The position numbers were made by a program, and so were the translations under genes. Shown here in pieces: positions 16,900 through 24,000 of a DNA stretch of 24,000 nt. Numbering within the stretch: position 1 is the first letter of the stretch; the number at the start of each line of letters is the position of its first letter. This DNA is from Lacibacterium aquatile (GTDB taxonomy: Bacteria; Pseudomonadota; Alphaproteobacteria; Elsterales; Elsteraceae): positions 94,625 through 118,624 of the forward strand of contig NZ_JBHUIP010000001.1 in assembly GCF_042683105.1 (NCBI RefSeq). Direction: 5' to 3'. Under the pieces are notes generated by a model, which saw only the letters and a list, made by a program, of their open reading frames with translations, was not told the origin of the DNA and did not search any database.

Positions 16900-17736
16900 A
16901 TGAGTGATCCGATCGCCGCCCTTCCTCCCCTGCGCGACATGATCGCCGCCCATGGGCTTGCTGCCGACAAGCGGTTCGGTCAGCACTTCCTGCTGGATCT
17001 GAACCTGACCGGCAAGATCGCCCGCTATGCCGGGGACTTAAGCGAAGGCACCGTAATCGAGGTTGGCCCCGGTCCCGGTGGCCTGACGCGCGCGCTGCTG
17101 CTGGCGGGTGGTAAACATGTGGTCGCCATCGAAATGGATCGCCGCATGGTCGCGGGCCTTGCTCCGGTGGTCGAAGCCGCTGGCGGACGCTTGCAGGTGA
17201 TCGAGGGCGATGCCCTAGAGGTCGACCCTCGCACCCTGGGCCCCGCGCCCTATCGGATTGTCGCGAACCTGCCCTATAATGTCGGGACGCCACTGCTGAT
17301 CGGCTGGCTGCGGGTGATCGACAGCTATCAGTCGCTGACCTTGATGTTCCAGAAGGAAGTGGCGGACCGGATCTGCGCCAAGGTCAATGACGACGCCTAT
17401 GGTCGTCTGGCCGTCATCGCACAGTATCAGGCGGATTGCGAAAGCCTGTTCGACCTGCCGCCCCAGGCTTTCACGCCACCACCGAAAGTCTGGTCGAGCG
17501 TTGTCCAGCTGACGCCGCGCGCCAATCGCGAACCCTGCGGCAGCCTGTCGATGCTGGAGCGGGTGACCGCTGCAGCCTTTGGCCAGCGCCGCAAGATGCT
17601 GCGCTCCAGCCTCAAAAGCCTTGGCCGCGACCCGATCCCGTTTCTGGAGCAGGCAGGCCTATTGCCGACCGCCCGCGCCGAGGAGATCGACGTCGCCGGC
17701 TTCGCGCGCCTTTCTGCGCTCTACGCGGCTGCTTAG
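16900..17736 (+). CDS. rsmA: 16S rRNA (adenine1518/1519-N6)-dimethyltransferase
   Basis: 278 aa. FGQHFL and VIEVGPGPGGLT SAM motifs plus NLPYNVGT. The ATG is 1 nt after the pdxA stop. Confidence 0.95.
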   Translation: MSDPIAALPPLRDMIAAHGLAADKRFGQHFLLDLNLTGKIARYAGDLSEGTVIEVGPGPGGLTRALLLAGGKHVVAIEMDRRMVAGLAPVVEAAGGRLQVIEGDALEVDPRTLGPAPYRIVANLPYNVGTPLLIGWLRVIDSYQSLTLMFQKEVADRICAKVNDDAYGRLAVIAQYQADCESLFDLPPQAFTPPPKVWSSVVQLTPRANREPCGSLSMLERVTAAAFGQRRKMLRSSLKSLGRDPIPFLEQAGLLPTARAEEIDVAGFARLSALYAAA

Positions 17737-18630
17737 GCTGAAGACGGCAATCGCCGTCACCATGCCGAAAAGCTGCAGGCCCGCCCCGATGCTTTCGGCG
17801 GCATCGGGCCAACGCTCCTCATAGAGAAAACCATAGACCAGGCCGAAAACCGTTTCGGCCACAATCAACTGCGCCGATAATGCCAAGGGCAGGCGTCGCG
17901 CGGCAAAGCCCCAGCACCAGGTGGCGAACCAGGCACCCAGCAAGCCCATGACGAGGCACAGCAGACCGAAATGCAGCCACTGTTCCCCGGTCGCCGTCAC
18001 CTCGGTAAAGCTGGTCAGGGGCAGCAGGAACAGGCTTGAAACAGCGGCGCCGATCCCCTGGATACCGGTCCAGTTGAGCGTATTGGGCGCGTCAGGCCCC
18101 TTCATGATCCAGCCAACGACCAACCCATAGGCGACCCAGATTGCCAGTGAGATCACCGACAGGAAGATGCCCAGCAGAAGCGCCAGCCGGTCGTCGACCG
18201 TGACGCTGCGCAGGGCGGAGACATTGACGATCAGTACACCCGCAGCAATGACGACCATCGGCAGCGCCAGCTTGCCCCAGGAGACTGTACGATCCCGATA
18301 ATTGGCGATCACCGCCAGCAGCACCGGCATCGCCCCGATCATCAGCGGCGGAATTGCGGCGCCCGCCAGTTGCACGGCATAAGCGGCAGCCAGAAAAAAA
18401 CCAAGATAGCCGATGACGCCCGTCGCAAGCCCAATCCAGACCTGCGGGCGGGTCAGTGGATGCCGCCGCACCTTGGGGTGCGCCATGATGGCGACGGAAG
18501 CCAGACCGAAGATCACATAACGAAGGACGGTCAGGTCGAGGGCGTTGAAAGGCTCGATCATCCGGGGAACCACATAGGTCAGCCCCCAGAGCGCACATGT
18601 CGTCAACCCCGCCAGAATACCCCAAACCAT
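17659..18630 (-). CDS. DMT superfamily (EamA-like) transporter
   Basis: 323 aa with about 10 hydrophobic helices in two EamA-like halves. It is divergent from an Lrp/AsnC regulator. Its last 25 codons lie antisense to the rsmA 3' end. Confidence 0.8.
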   Translation of the reverse strand: MVWGILAGLTTCALWGLTYVVPRMIEPFNALDLTVLRYVIFGLASVAIMAHPKVRRHPLTRPQVWIGLATGVIGYLGFFLAAAYAVQLAGAAIPPLMIGAMPVLLAVIANYRDRTVSWGKLALPMVVIAAGVLIVNVSALRSVTVDDRLALLLGIFLSVISLAIWVAYGLVVGWIMKGPDAPNTLNWTGIQGIGAAVSSLFLLPLTSFTEVTATGEQWLHFGLLCLVMGLLGAWFATWCWGFAARRLPLALSAQLIVAETVFGLVYGFLYEERWPDAAESIGAGLQLFGMVTAIAVFSLSSRVERRKAREAGDVDLLGAGGRQ

Positions 18631-18739
18631 CTCGACGCCCCTTGGAAAGCCCGCCAGACTATAGCAAGGCGAGCCCTGCCATTATATGGATGGTCCGAAA
18701 GCCGATACGATTTTCGCCTTTGAAAGATAGGCAGAAGCG

Positions 18740-19201
18740 ATGAAACGCCTACGATCTGAAACTCATAGCCTGGACGAGATTGACGCCCGGCTCTTAGCCG
18801 CCCTTGAACAGGACGCCCGGCAGCCGATCAGCGAGTTAGCGCGCCTTGTCGGCCTGTCTGCCCCCAGCGTTTCCGAACGTATCCGCAAGCTGCAGGAGAG
18901 CGGGATCATCCGCAGCTTCACCGTCGATATCGATACCAAGGCGCTGGGCTATCCCATCGGCGCGATGGTGCGGGTGCGCCCCCTGCCCGGCAAGATCCAT
19001 CTTGTGGAAAAGCTGATCCAGGAAATCCCGCAGTTCATTGAGTGCTACAAACTGACCGGCGAGGACGCCTTCTTCGCCCATATGCTGGTGCGGTCTGTCG
19101 AGGAGATGGATGATGTGCTCGAAAGCCTCGTCGACCACGCCATGACCTATACCGCCGTCATCAAGACGACGCCAGTGAAGAGGAGGCTGCCTCCTCTTTG
19201 A
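18740..19201 (+). CDS. Lrp/AsnC family transcriptional regulator
   Basis: 153 aa. N-terminal HTH (LDEIDARLLAALEQDARQPISELARLVGLSAPSVSERIRKLQESGII) and a C-terminal RAM/AsnC-type domain. Confidence 0.92.
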   Translation: MKRLRSETHSLDEIDARLLAALEQDARQPISELARLVGLSAPSVSERIRKLQESGIIRSFTVDIDTKALGYPIGAMVRVRPLPGKIHLVEKLIQEIPQFIECYKLTGEDAFFAHMLVRSVEEMDDVLESLVDHAMTYTAVIKTTPVKRRLPPL

Positions 19202-20288
19202 GCTTGCGGACGACGAACTCAATCGCTGAACGCACCGAAGGACTGCGGTCGTCTTTGAGCAGTGCGATGATCTCGTCTCGATTGGCAAGTGTCTGGCGGT
19301 TCTGAACCAGGGCGGTGGCGGCGACTTTCCGGACGGCGGGCGAGCGGTCGAGGGCGCCTTGATGGATGATCGCCTCCAGCGGTTCGCTCCGCATGACTGA
19401 CCGACTCTGAAAACTTGGTACTCGTCGGATGATCCGATGGTAGGGATTGACCATCTGTTTTTCATAGCCGATGTGCCATGTGGCTCTCCCGTCGAGCAGG
19501 ACCCGCAGAGCCCTGCCGCGAACCGCAGGCATCACAGCATTTTTGGATAGATCAGAGATATGCTCGTCCAATAGAGGCCAACGTAGGGCCAGTCCGAGCG
19601 TGCGCCCCATCGGACCTGTCTTCGCCTCTCTCAGGATACTAGCGATGAGCGGCACGACATCTGCTTGCGAAAAGGCCTGTTCCAATATTTCAGCTTCCGC
19701 ACCCCATCGGCGCCAATGAAAGGCCCGATCCATCAGGCCTATTGCCGCCTTCGCGATGATCTCCCTCTCCGTCTTGGGCAACACACGGGCAAGGCAACCG
19801 GCGGCCGCGGCGCTAACCTGCGGCACCCAATCGTTCAGCCGATAGGCCAGAGCAGCCAGAAAGAAACCGTTCGGTAACGGTGCGTCCAGCTTATCGAGCG
19901 CAGCCTGACGCAGATAACCGTTGCGATGAAACAGGAACAGAAACTCCAGATCCGGTTCGACCTGAAGGAGCTGGTGGAACATCTGCTCCTTTTCAATCTT
20001 GGTAATCGACCGCTTCGGCTCGGGAAGTACCCCCCGCCGCTCCAGAAACTCTCTCAAAGGATTGGGAAGCGAATGGTCGCCTATATGTTCGCCATAAAAA
20101 ACGAAGAGTTTTCCGGCTGCAGCTATCTCCCCATCCAGCTTGGCGATTTTTTCGACAGGCAGAGCACCAAACTGCCGCAGTACACGCGCCAGCACATCAA
20201 GGGATACATGGAAGGTTGCTAAATCCGCACCAAGCTCTTTGAGGTCTCTTTGCAAATCGGTTGGTAGTTCTTGTCGGCTGTCACTCAT
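19161..20288 (-). CDS. Hypothetical protein with HEAT/armadillo-like repeats
   Basis: 375 aa. Repeated helical units carry the HEAT signature (DRSPAVRKVAATALV, DDRSPSVRSAIEFVV, MPAVRGRALRVLL, HRNGYLRQAALDKL). No catalytic motif recognised. GC is lower than in the neighbouring genes. Confidence 0.6.
   Translation of the reverse strand: MSDSRQELPTDLQRDLKELGADLATFHVSLDVLARVLRQFGALPVEKIAKLDGEIAAAGKLFVFYGEHIGDHSLPNPLREFLERRGVLPEPKRSITKIEKEQMFHQLLQVEPDLEFLFLFHRNGYLRQAALDKLDAPLPNGFFLAALAYRLNDWVPQVSAAAAGCLARVLPKTEREIIAKAAIGLMDRAFHWRRWGAEAEILEQAFSQADVVPLIASILREAKTGPMGRTLGLALRWPLLDEHISDLSKNAVMPAVRGRALRVLLDGRATWHIGYEKQMVNPYHRIIRRVPSFQSRSVMRSEPLEAIIHQGALDRSPAVRKVAATALVQNRQTLANRDEIIALLKDDRSPSVRSAIEFVVRKLKEEAASSSLASS
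19178..19198. repeat. 21-nt perfect palindrome AAGAGGAGGC-T-GCCTCCTCTT inside the overlap of two convergent genes
   Basis: Read directly: 19178-19187 is the reverse complement of 19189-19198. It encodes the last residues of both the Lrp regulator and the HEAT-repeat protein. It could act as a bidirectional hairpin. Confidence 0.6.
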
Positions 20289-20294
20289 CTGCCA

Positions 20295-20303
20295 ATTCTA
20301 CCA
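20295..20303 (-). promoter_or_regulatory. Extended -10 element (TGGTAGAAT) 6 nt upstream of the HEAT-protein ATG
   Basis: The minus strand reads TTTTGGTAGAATTGGCAGATG. There is no Shine-Dalgarno, and the -10 to ATG spacing fits a leaderless transcript. Confidence 0.3.
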
Positions 20304-20325
20304 AAAGCTGCAAAAACACGAAAGC

Positions 20326-21258
20326 TTAAGGCAGCTCCCTCTTCCCCGCCCGCGCCTTCATCACCACGCCATGGGGGTCCTGATGGGTGATGATATGGGC
20401 GCCGGGGAAGGCTGCGTGCAGGCGCGCTTCGACGTCATCCGTGATCACATGGGCGTCGATTAGCTTCATCTCGTCCGGGAGTTCCAGGTGAAGCTGGATG
20501 AAGGTATCCGGCCCCGCACCGCGCGTACGGATATCATGCACGCCCAGGACACCCGGCGTGGCCGTGACGAGGGACACGATCTCGTTATGCACCGCCTCCG
20601 GCAATTCACGGTCCATCAGCATATTGGCGGAGGTGACAACGATGCTCGCCGCCCCTTTCAGGACCAGCGCGCCGGTCAGGCAGGCAAACAGCGGATCGAA
20701 GTAGGGCCAGCCGATAAAATGACTTAGGCTCAGGGCCAGAATCACCCCGCCGTTCAGCAGCAGATCGGAGCGGTAATGCAGACTGTCTGCCGCCACCGCA
20801 ACCGACTGGGTGCGCTTCATCACATAGGATTGGAACGCAACCAAACCGCCCGTAATAATCAAAGCAAAAGCAGCCATCGCGATACCGACCTCGGGCGAAA
20901 CCGGTGTCTGGGGGGCGATGACCCGTTGCACGGCTTCGGTCAGCAAGAACACGGCCGAACCACCGATCAGGCTCGCCTGCCCCAAACCAGCCAACGCCTC
21001 GACTTTACCGTGTCCAAAGCGATGTTCGGCGTCGGGTGGTTTATGAGAATACCAGATGGCGGCAGCATTCATCAGCGACGCACCAACGTCGAGCGCGCTA
21101 TCCACCAGGGCCGACAGAACCGCGACCGACCCCGTCTGCAAATAGGCAAAAGCATTGCCGGTGACCAGGATGAGCGCGACAGTCACACTGGCCTGCGCCG
21201 CAATCCGAGTCAGGCGATTGCGTTCGGCTAAGGTGGCTGATCGCACCGCCGTGGTCAT
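20326..21258 (-). CDS. Cation diffusion facilitator family transporter
   Basis: 310 aa. It has six TM helices with SALVDSALD and HYRSDLL metal-site motifs and a cytoplasmic C-terminal domain. The ATG overlaps the pdxH stop (ATGA). Confidence 0.9.
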   Translation of the reverse strand: MTTAVRSATLAERNRLTRIAAQASVTVALILVTGNAFAYLQTGSVAVLSALVDSALDVGASLMNAAAIWYSHKPPDAEHRFGHGKVEALAGLGQASLIGGSAVFLLTEAVQRVIAPQTPVSPEVGIAMAAFALIITGGLVAFQSYVMKRTQSVAVAADSLHYRSDLLLNGGVILALSLSHFIGWPYFDPLFACLTGALVLKGAASIVVTSANMLMDRELPEAVHNEIVSLVTATPGVLGVHDIRTRGAGPDTFIQLHLELPDEMKLIDAHVITDDVEARLHAAFPGAHIITHQDPHGVVMKARAGKRELP

Positions 21259-21881
21259 GGATAGAGGCGCCCGGTGGTCCAGCCGCCGCCGTCTACCGCG
21301 CTGTAGACGATGCGGTCATGGAGACGAAAAGGCATGGCCTGCCAGAATTCGATTCTGACAGGCGTTACCCGGAAGCCCGACCAATGGGGAGGACGCGGCA
21401 CGGTTTCACTGGGATATTCCGCTTCGACCTCGGCCACGCGCTTGACCAGCGTGTCGCGCCCGTCGAGCGGTCGGGACTGACTGGACGCCCAGGCGCCAAT
21501 GCGGCTGCCATAGGGGCGGCTGGCGTAATAGGCGTCGGCCTCTTCCGGCATCACGGGGATAGCAGTCCCCTCGACCCGAACCTGACGCTCCATGGTCTTC
21601 CAATGGAACAGCAGCGCGCAGCGCGGATTGCTCAAAAGCTCCCCGCCCTTACGGCTTTCATAGTTCGTGTAGAAGACAAAACCTCGCGGGTCGTAATCCT
21701 TCATCAGCACGGCACGCGAGGATGGGAAGCCATCGGGTGTGCTGGTCGCCAGATACATGGCGTTGGGATCGTTGATCTCTTTGGTTTTTGCCTCGGCGAA
21801 CCAATCGGCGAACAACGCATAAGGATCGGCAACGTCGGGAATGGGATCGGTGCGGGTCGTACCGCCGGTATCGATGGACAT
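21255..21881 (-). CDS. pdxH: Pyridoxamine 5'-phosphate oxidase
   Basis: 208 aa. It has the PdxH signature ...RIEFWQ..PFRLHDR..Y and a C-terminal ...W...RLYP. Confidence 0.95.
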   Translation of the reverse strand: MSIDTGGTTRTDPIPDVADPYALFADWFAEAKTKEINDPNAMYLATSTPDGFPSSRAVLMKDYDPRGFVFYTNYESRKGGELLSNPRCALLFHWKTMERQVRVEGTAIPVMPEEADAYYASRPYGSRIGAWASSQSRPLDGRDTLVKRVAEVEAEYPSETVPRPPHWSGFRVTPVRIEFWQAMPFRLHDRIVYSAVDGGGWTTGRLYP

Positions 21882-21898
21882 GCTGAGGTCCTAGTAGT

Positions 21899-22168
21899 TT
21901 AGGCCAGGAGTGAGCCGTGCCAGATACGAAGAATCGTTACGGCATCGACGCCGACTTCATAAACAATGACATAGGGTGATACGGCAAGCAGTTCTCGCGT
22001 ATCTGCAAGGCGTCCGACGCGGCCCCGCAAAGGTAAAGCCGCAAGGCTGTCGCCAGCTGTAAAGAGCGCAATGGCCAGCGCCTGAGCCGCTAACGGGTTT
22101 ACTTGGTTCAAATATGCAGAATGAGCCGCGATATCTTTAACCGCAGGCCCTGTCCAAACGACCCTCAC
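21899..22168 (-). CDS. Type II toxin, ParE/RelE family
   Basis: 89 aa. ParE-like layout (W...A..D...I..Y... and a C-terminal VTILRIWHG). The GTG start overlaps the upstream stop (GTGA). Confidence 0.8.
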   Translation of the reverse strand: MRVVWTGPAVKDIAAHSAYLNQVNPLAAQALAIALFTAGDSLAALPLRGRVGRLADTRELLAVSPYVIVYEVGVDAVTILRIWHGSLLA

Positions 22169-22338
22169 GGCGTCGGCGGATCCTTACGATCTCCCGTAGC
22201 GAGGCTTAATAGCCAATCGCGAACCTTTTCATGAGGGATGAGATCACCCTTAGCAGCCGCCAAACGCGCTTCTTCCACGGCCTGACGCAATTGTGCCGTT
22301 TCGGGATCGTCATCTATGATTTTGCGGGCCGTCTTCAT
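22165..22338 (-). CDS. Putative cognate antitoxin (short, helical)
   Basis: 57 aa from the ATG at 22338 (the ORF is open to an ATG at 22380, 71 aa). The C-terminal ...AAAKGDLIPHEKVRDWLLSL...P.P resembles the C-termini of antitoxins paired with ParE/RelE toxins in alphaproteobacteria. It is translationally coupled to the toxin. Confidence 0.6.
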   Translation of the reverse strand: MKTARKIIDDDPETAQLRQAVEEARLAAAKGDLIPHEKVRDWLLSLATGDRKDPPTP

Positions 22339-22344
22339 AGGGGT

Positions 22345-22381
22345 CAGAATGGCATCAGAATGGCCCCATGTCGACCCCATG
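22345..22381. promoter_or_regulatory. 11-bp-phased direct repeats upstream of the antitoxin gene
   Basis: CAGAATGGC occurs at 22345-22353 and 22356-22364. CCCCATG occurs at 22364-22370 and 22375-22381. Every copy sits at 11-nt spacing, between the pth stop and the antitoxin ATG. Confidence 0.35.
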
Positions 22382-22401
22382 GCCCATAAGGGCCTGTCGC
22401 C

Positions 22402-22980
22402 TTACTTCGCCACCGGCAATTGGAGCGCGATCTTGTTCATGAAGGCAACTTCGGAGCCGCTTGTCAGGTCACCTGCGGCCTCAGCCACAGCATCCACCAG
22501 GGGGTCGACCCAGGTTTCGGACTTGAAGAAATCACCCAATACATAGGGGCTGACGAGGTTCTTGTCGCCCGGATGGCCGATGCCGAGGCGCACGCGCCAA
22601 TAGTCCTTGCCGCAATGGGCATCGATGGACTTCAGGCCATTGTGGCCGCCATGGCCCCCGCCCTTCTTGACGCGTACCTTGCCCGGCGGCAGGTCGAGCT
22701 CGTCGTGGAAGACGCAGATATTCCCGATAGGGATCTTATAGAAACGCGCGACTGCACCGACGCTGTCGCCCGAGAGATTCATATAGGTCATGGGCTTCAG
22801 GACGACGATCTTCTCGCCCGCGATCTCGCCATCGGCGACTTCGCCCATCAGCTTCCGGTCGGCCTTCCAGCCGGAAAAGCGATGGCGGCGGACGATTTCG
22901 TCCGCCGCCATGAAGCCGATATTGTGCCGGTTCTTGGCGTACTCGCGGCCGGGGTTACCCAATCCGACAAAAAGCCACAT
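22402..22980 (-). CDS. pth: Peptidyl-tRNA hydrolase
   Basis: 192 aa. [19 protein letters not shown] and the GHGGHNGL motif. Confidence 0.96.
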   Translation of the reverse strand: MWLFVGLGNPGREYAKNRHNIGFMAADEIVRRHRFSGWKADRKLMGEVADGEIAGEKIVVLKPMTYMNLSGDSVGAVARFYKIPIGNICVFHDELDLPPGKVRVKKGGGHGGHNGLKSIDAHCGKDYWRVRLGIGHPGDKNLVSPYVLGDFFKSETWVDPLVDAVAEAAGDLTSGSEVAFMNKIALQLPVAK

Positions 22981-23004
22981 GAACCGAACCGATATCTTTA
23001 GACG

Positions 23005-23598
23005 TTACGCTTCGGCAGCGCCCGACTGCGGAACGATGGTCGCGACGGTGAAGTCGGTCTCGGCGTGCAGCAGCTTTGCGCTCTTCGGAATCTCGATCAT
23101 CGAGATATGGATCGAAGCGTTGATGTCGTACTTCGACAGATCCACGGTCAGATGATCGGGGATGTCGGCAGCAGCAACTTCGAGTTCGACAGCGTGCAGA
23201 ACGATGTTCAGCAGGCCGCCCTTCTTGATGCCCGGCGACTTTTCCTGGTTCACGAAGTGAACCGGAACATTGACGCGGATGGTCGAGTCGGCGCTGATGC
23301 GCAGGAAGTCGACATGTTCGGGAACGTCCGTCACCGGATGGAACTGGACGTCGCGAGCAAGCGCGCGATGCTTCTTGCCGTCGACAGTGATGTCGAACAG
23401 GCGCGAATAGAAGCCGCCACGATGCAGCTCCTTGGTCAGTTCGCGCGGCTCAAGCGAGATCATGAGCGGCTCTTGCTTGTTGCCATAGATGACAGCGGGG
23501 ATACGACCGGCACGACGGACGGCACGGGCGGCCCCTTTACCGGCCCGGTCACGCGCTTCGGCGTTGAAGACGGAAACTTGCGACATTGCATTACTCAC
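23005..23598 (-). CDS. rplY: 50S ribosomal protein L25 / general stress protein Ctc
   Basis: 197 aa. It has the R..G.IPAVIYG motif and a long Ctc-type C-terminal domain. The codon at 23598 is GTG, and the ATG at 23586 (MSQVS...) is an equally plausible start. Confidence 0.93.
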   Translation of the reverse strand: MSNAMSQVSVFNAEARDRAGKGAARAVRRAGRIPAVIYGNKQEPLMISLEPRELTKELHRGGFYSRLFDITVDGKKHRALARDVQFHPVTDVPEHVDFLRISADSTIRVNVPVHFVNQEKSPGIKKGGLLNIVLHAVELEVAAADIPDHLTVDLSKYDINASIHISMIEIPKSAKLLHAETDFTVATIVPQSGAAEA

Positions 23599-23673
23599 TT
23601 AGGTTAAGCGCCGTATCGGAACCATTCCCAATACGGTATCGACGCCGGCCTCCAGGGGTGCCGAACGTCGGAT

Positions 23674-23699
23674 CGGCGGAGAATACGTATTTTCCGCCG
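23674..23699 (-). other. Stable intercistronic hairpin just downstream of the prs stop
   Basis: CGGCGGA (23674-23680) pairs with TCCGCCG (23693-23699), enclosing the palindrome AATACGTATT. There is no U-tract, so it is not a classical terminator. Confidence 0.35.
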
Positions 23700-23703
23700 A
23701 AGA

Positions 23704-24000
23704 TCAATAGAACAGGCTCGAAACCGACTTTTCTTCCGAAACGCGGCGGATGGCTTCGGCAATCAGCGGAGCGATGGTCAGTTGCTGGATATTATGAGCG
23801 CCACGCACGGCCTCGGTCGCGCCGATGCTGTCGGTGATGATCAGCTTTTCCAGCGGCGAGTTGGTCACACGCTCGACCGCGCCGCCCGACAGAACGCCGT
23901 GGGTCACATAGGCGAAGACCGACTTGGCACCGGCCTTCATCAGAGCCGAAGCGGCATTGCAGAGGGTACCGGCGCTATCAACGATATCATCGACCAGCAG
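23704..24000 (-). CDS. prs: Ribose-phosphate pyrophosphokinase, C-terminal part (5' end outside window)
   Basis: The reading frame is open to the window edge. It carries [16 protein letters not shown] (PRPP-binding loop) and a C-terminal ...VSSLFY. Confidence 0.93.
   Translation of the reverse strand: MLVDDIVDSAGTLCNAASALMKAGAKSVFAYVTHGVLSGGAVERVTNSPLEKLIITDSIGATEAVRGAHNIQQLTIAPLIAEAIRRVSEEKSVSSLFY

Noticed and set aside
1-24000. Search by eye for CRISPR arrays, tRNA/rRNA genes, IS elements, integrases, phage genes and long repeats.
   Set aside because: None found. There are no regularly spaced repeats above about 12 nt, no cloverleaf-like segments in the few intergenic gaps, and no transposase- or recombinase-like translations in any tracked ORF.

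Overview
High-GC (about 60-65% by hand counts) chromosomal segment with typical alphaproteobacterial housekeeping content, almost fully coding. Gene order: 3' end of a methyl-accepting chemotaxis protein gene; a small COG3671/DUF4870-type membrane protein; ppx-ppk; a tightly packed minus-strand operon (DUF2066-like secreted protein, 4-TM protein, AI-2E permease, hdaA) divergent from purM-purN-aldo/keto reductase; an accessory-looking patch with two 40-codon aa3-oxidase-subunit-IV-like genes missing from the ORF track and a frameshifted metallophosphoesterase; ndk; holC-pepA divergent from surA-pdxA-rsmA; a DMT exporter divergent from an Lrp/AsnC regulator; an orphan HEAT-repeat protein in lower-GC DNA; CDF transporter and pdxH; a ParE/RelE toxin-antitoxin pair; pth-rplY-prs. 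I saw no rRNA, tRNA, CRISPR array, IS element or integrase. The points most worth a second look are the tandem micro-genes, the G7 frameshift, purM having no canonical start codon ahead of its conserved N-terminus, the orphan HEAT protein with a leaderless-type promoter, and hdaA being co-operonic with envelope proteins. I found no clear multi-gene novel system; these are the best candidates. All product calls come from reading the translated ORFs and remembered family motifs, with no database search.
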